Shown in pieces: positions 31,521 through 32,000 of a stretch of DNA of 32,000 nt. The DNA lies in contig JAFVFL010000025.1 of assembly GCA_017475555.1 (NCBI GenBank), positions 1 to 32,000 of the forward strand, read 5' to 3'. The stretch comes from Ruminococcus sp. GTDB taxonomy: Bacteria; Bacillota; Clostridia; Oscillospirales; Ruminococcaceae. The notes under the pieces are model-generated. The model searched no databases, was not told where the DNA came from, and worked only from the letters and a program-made list of their open reading frames with translations. A program made the translations under genes and the position numbers. Position 1 is the first letter of the stretch; every line of letters starts with the position of its first letter.

Positions 31521-32000
31521 TCAGTCGTTCTTCCTTCTGAGAAGAGCTGCTGCACCTGCTGCAAGTGCAAGAACACTCAGCGGAGCTGCTGCTGAAGGAA
31601 CACCGGTCTTAGGTGAATCTGTGCCGGTCTTTGCAGTTGTTGTAGTACCGCCCTTAGCAGTTGTAGTGGAAGCTGTTGTTGCAGCTGTAGTCTCCTCACC
31701 CTGAGGTGTAGTAGAGATCGGCTCCTCGCTGCCTATTGTGAACTCAAGAGCGTTCTCATAGCCTGTGGACTCTACCTTTACAGCATAAACGCCGCTGCCG
31801 TCGAATACAGGAGTACCCTGAGAAGCAGCCTCAAAGTCGATAGTGCCGTCAGCCTTGACAACTGTAGTGCCTCTCTTGCCGGTATTGTATGTTTTGCCGT
31901 TTACTGTAACAGCTGTGATGTTCTTTACAAAGTTTGCATTGTCAGCCTCAGCGAAGCCCTCAGCCGGAACGAGTGCATCAGTTCCGTTGAAAGCGGACGG
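31521..32000 (-). CDS. C-terminal part of a sortase-anchored cell-wall surface protein (partial; the 5' end lies beyond the window)
   Basis: The minus-strand frame is open from the window edge to TGA at 31521-31523 and is absent from the ORF track because no start is in the window. It ends ...TTTAKTGTD-SPKTG-VPSAAAPLSVLALAAGAAALL-RRKND, which is a sorting motif, hydrophobic span and positive tail. The preceding domain (ITAVTVNGKTYNTGKRGTTVVKADGTIDF...GVYAVKVESTGYENALEFTI) resembles DUF1533-type repeats. Confidence 0.8.
   Translation of the reverse strand, partial: PSAFNGTDALVPAEGFAEADNANFVKNITAVTVNGKTYNTGKRGTTVVKADGTIDFEAASQGTPVFDGSGVYAVKVESTGYENALEFTIGSEEPISTTPQGEETTAATTASTTTAKGGTTTTAKTGTDSPKTGVPSAAAPLSVLALAAGAAALLRRKND

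Noticed and set aside
31510-31704. There is a plus-strand 64-aa Ala/Val-rich ORF at 31510-31704, and a minus-strand Arg/Ser-rich ORF at 30191-30532.
   Set aside because: The first is the antisense shadow of the Thr/Ala-rich stalk and sorting signal of the minus-strand surface protein. The second is an alternative-frame reading of the low-complexity linker of the FMN-binding fusion protein.

Overview
This is a densely coding chromosomal segment that looks like a Gram-positive, cellulosome-type Clostridia (Ruminococcaceae-like). It carries two dockerin-bearing secreted proteins, an SPKTG sortase substrate and lipoprotein lipoboxes. GC is roughly 50 percent, with AT-rich intergenic islands. I support about 28 CDSs and see no rRNA, tRNA or CRISPR. 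Layout, left to right: (1) the tail of a homing-endonuclease-like gene, overlapping a dockerin ORF that has no signal peptide. (2) A minus-strand operon: permuted GH3 beta-glucosidase, ArsC/Spx-family protein, uppP. (3) A plus-strand YtrA-type operon: GntR regulator, ABC ATPase and a 739-aa membrane protein, with a consensus promoter and palindromic operator. (4) A 319-bp palindromic element packed with the heptamer GGCGTAT/ATACGCC, lying between convergent operons. (5) A long minus-strand operon: MscS channel, two flavoproteins, a 90-aa unknown, rsmA. (6) Two tandem MacB/FtsX-type ABC exporters, the second with a HlyD-type lipoprotein adaptor. (7) Divergent from these, a plus-strand operon: sigma-A promoter, 44-aa acidic ORF, ECF-type sigma factor, then a translationally coupled single-pass membrane protein whose whole extracytoplasmic part is a serpin. 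(8) A minus-strand block: ferric-reductase-TM/FMN-binding fusion protein, ApbE flavin transferase, NusG-II protein, Gx transporter, 74-aa ORF, PaaK-like CoA ligase, and a dockerin-bearing clan GH-A hydrolase with discoidin-like modules. (9) The 3' end of a sortase-anchored surface protein running off the window. The best candidate for a new system is the sigma factor / serpin-ectodomain anti-sigma pair, a possible protease-baited transmembrane switch. The heptamer-array palindrome and the extracytoplasmic flavinylation module are secondary. All calls come from reading the sequence and recalling family motifs. No searches were run.
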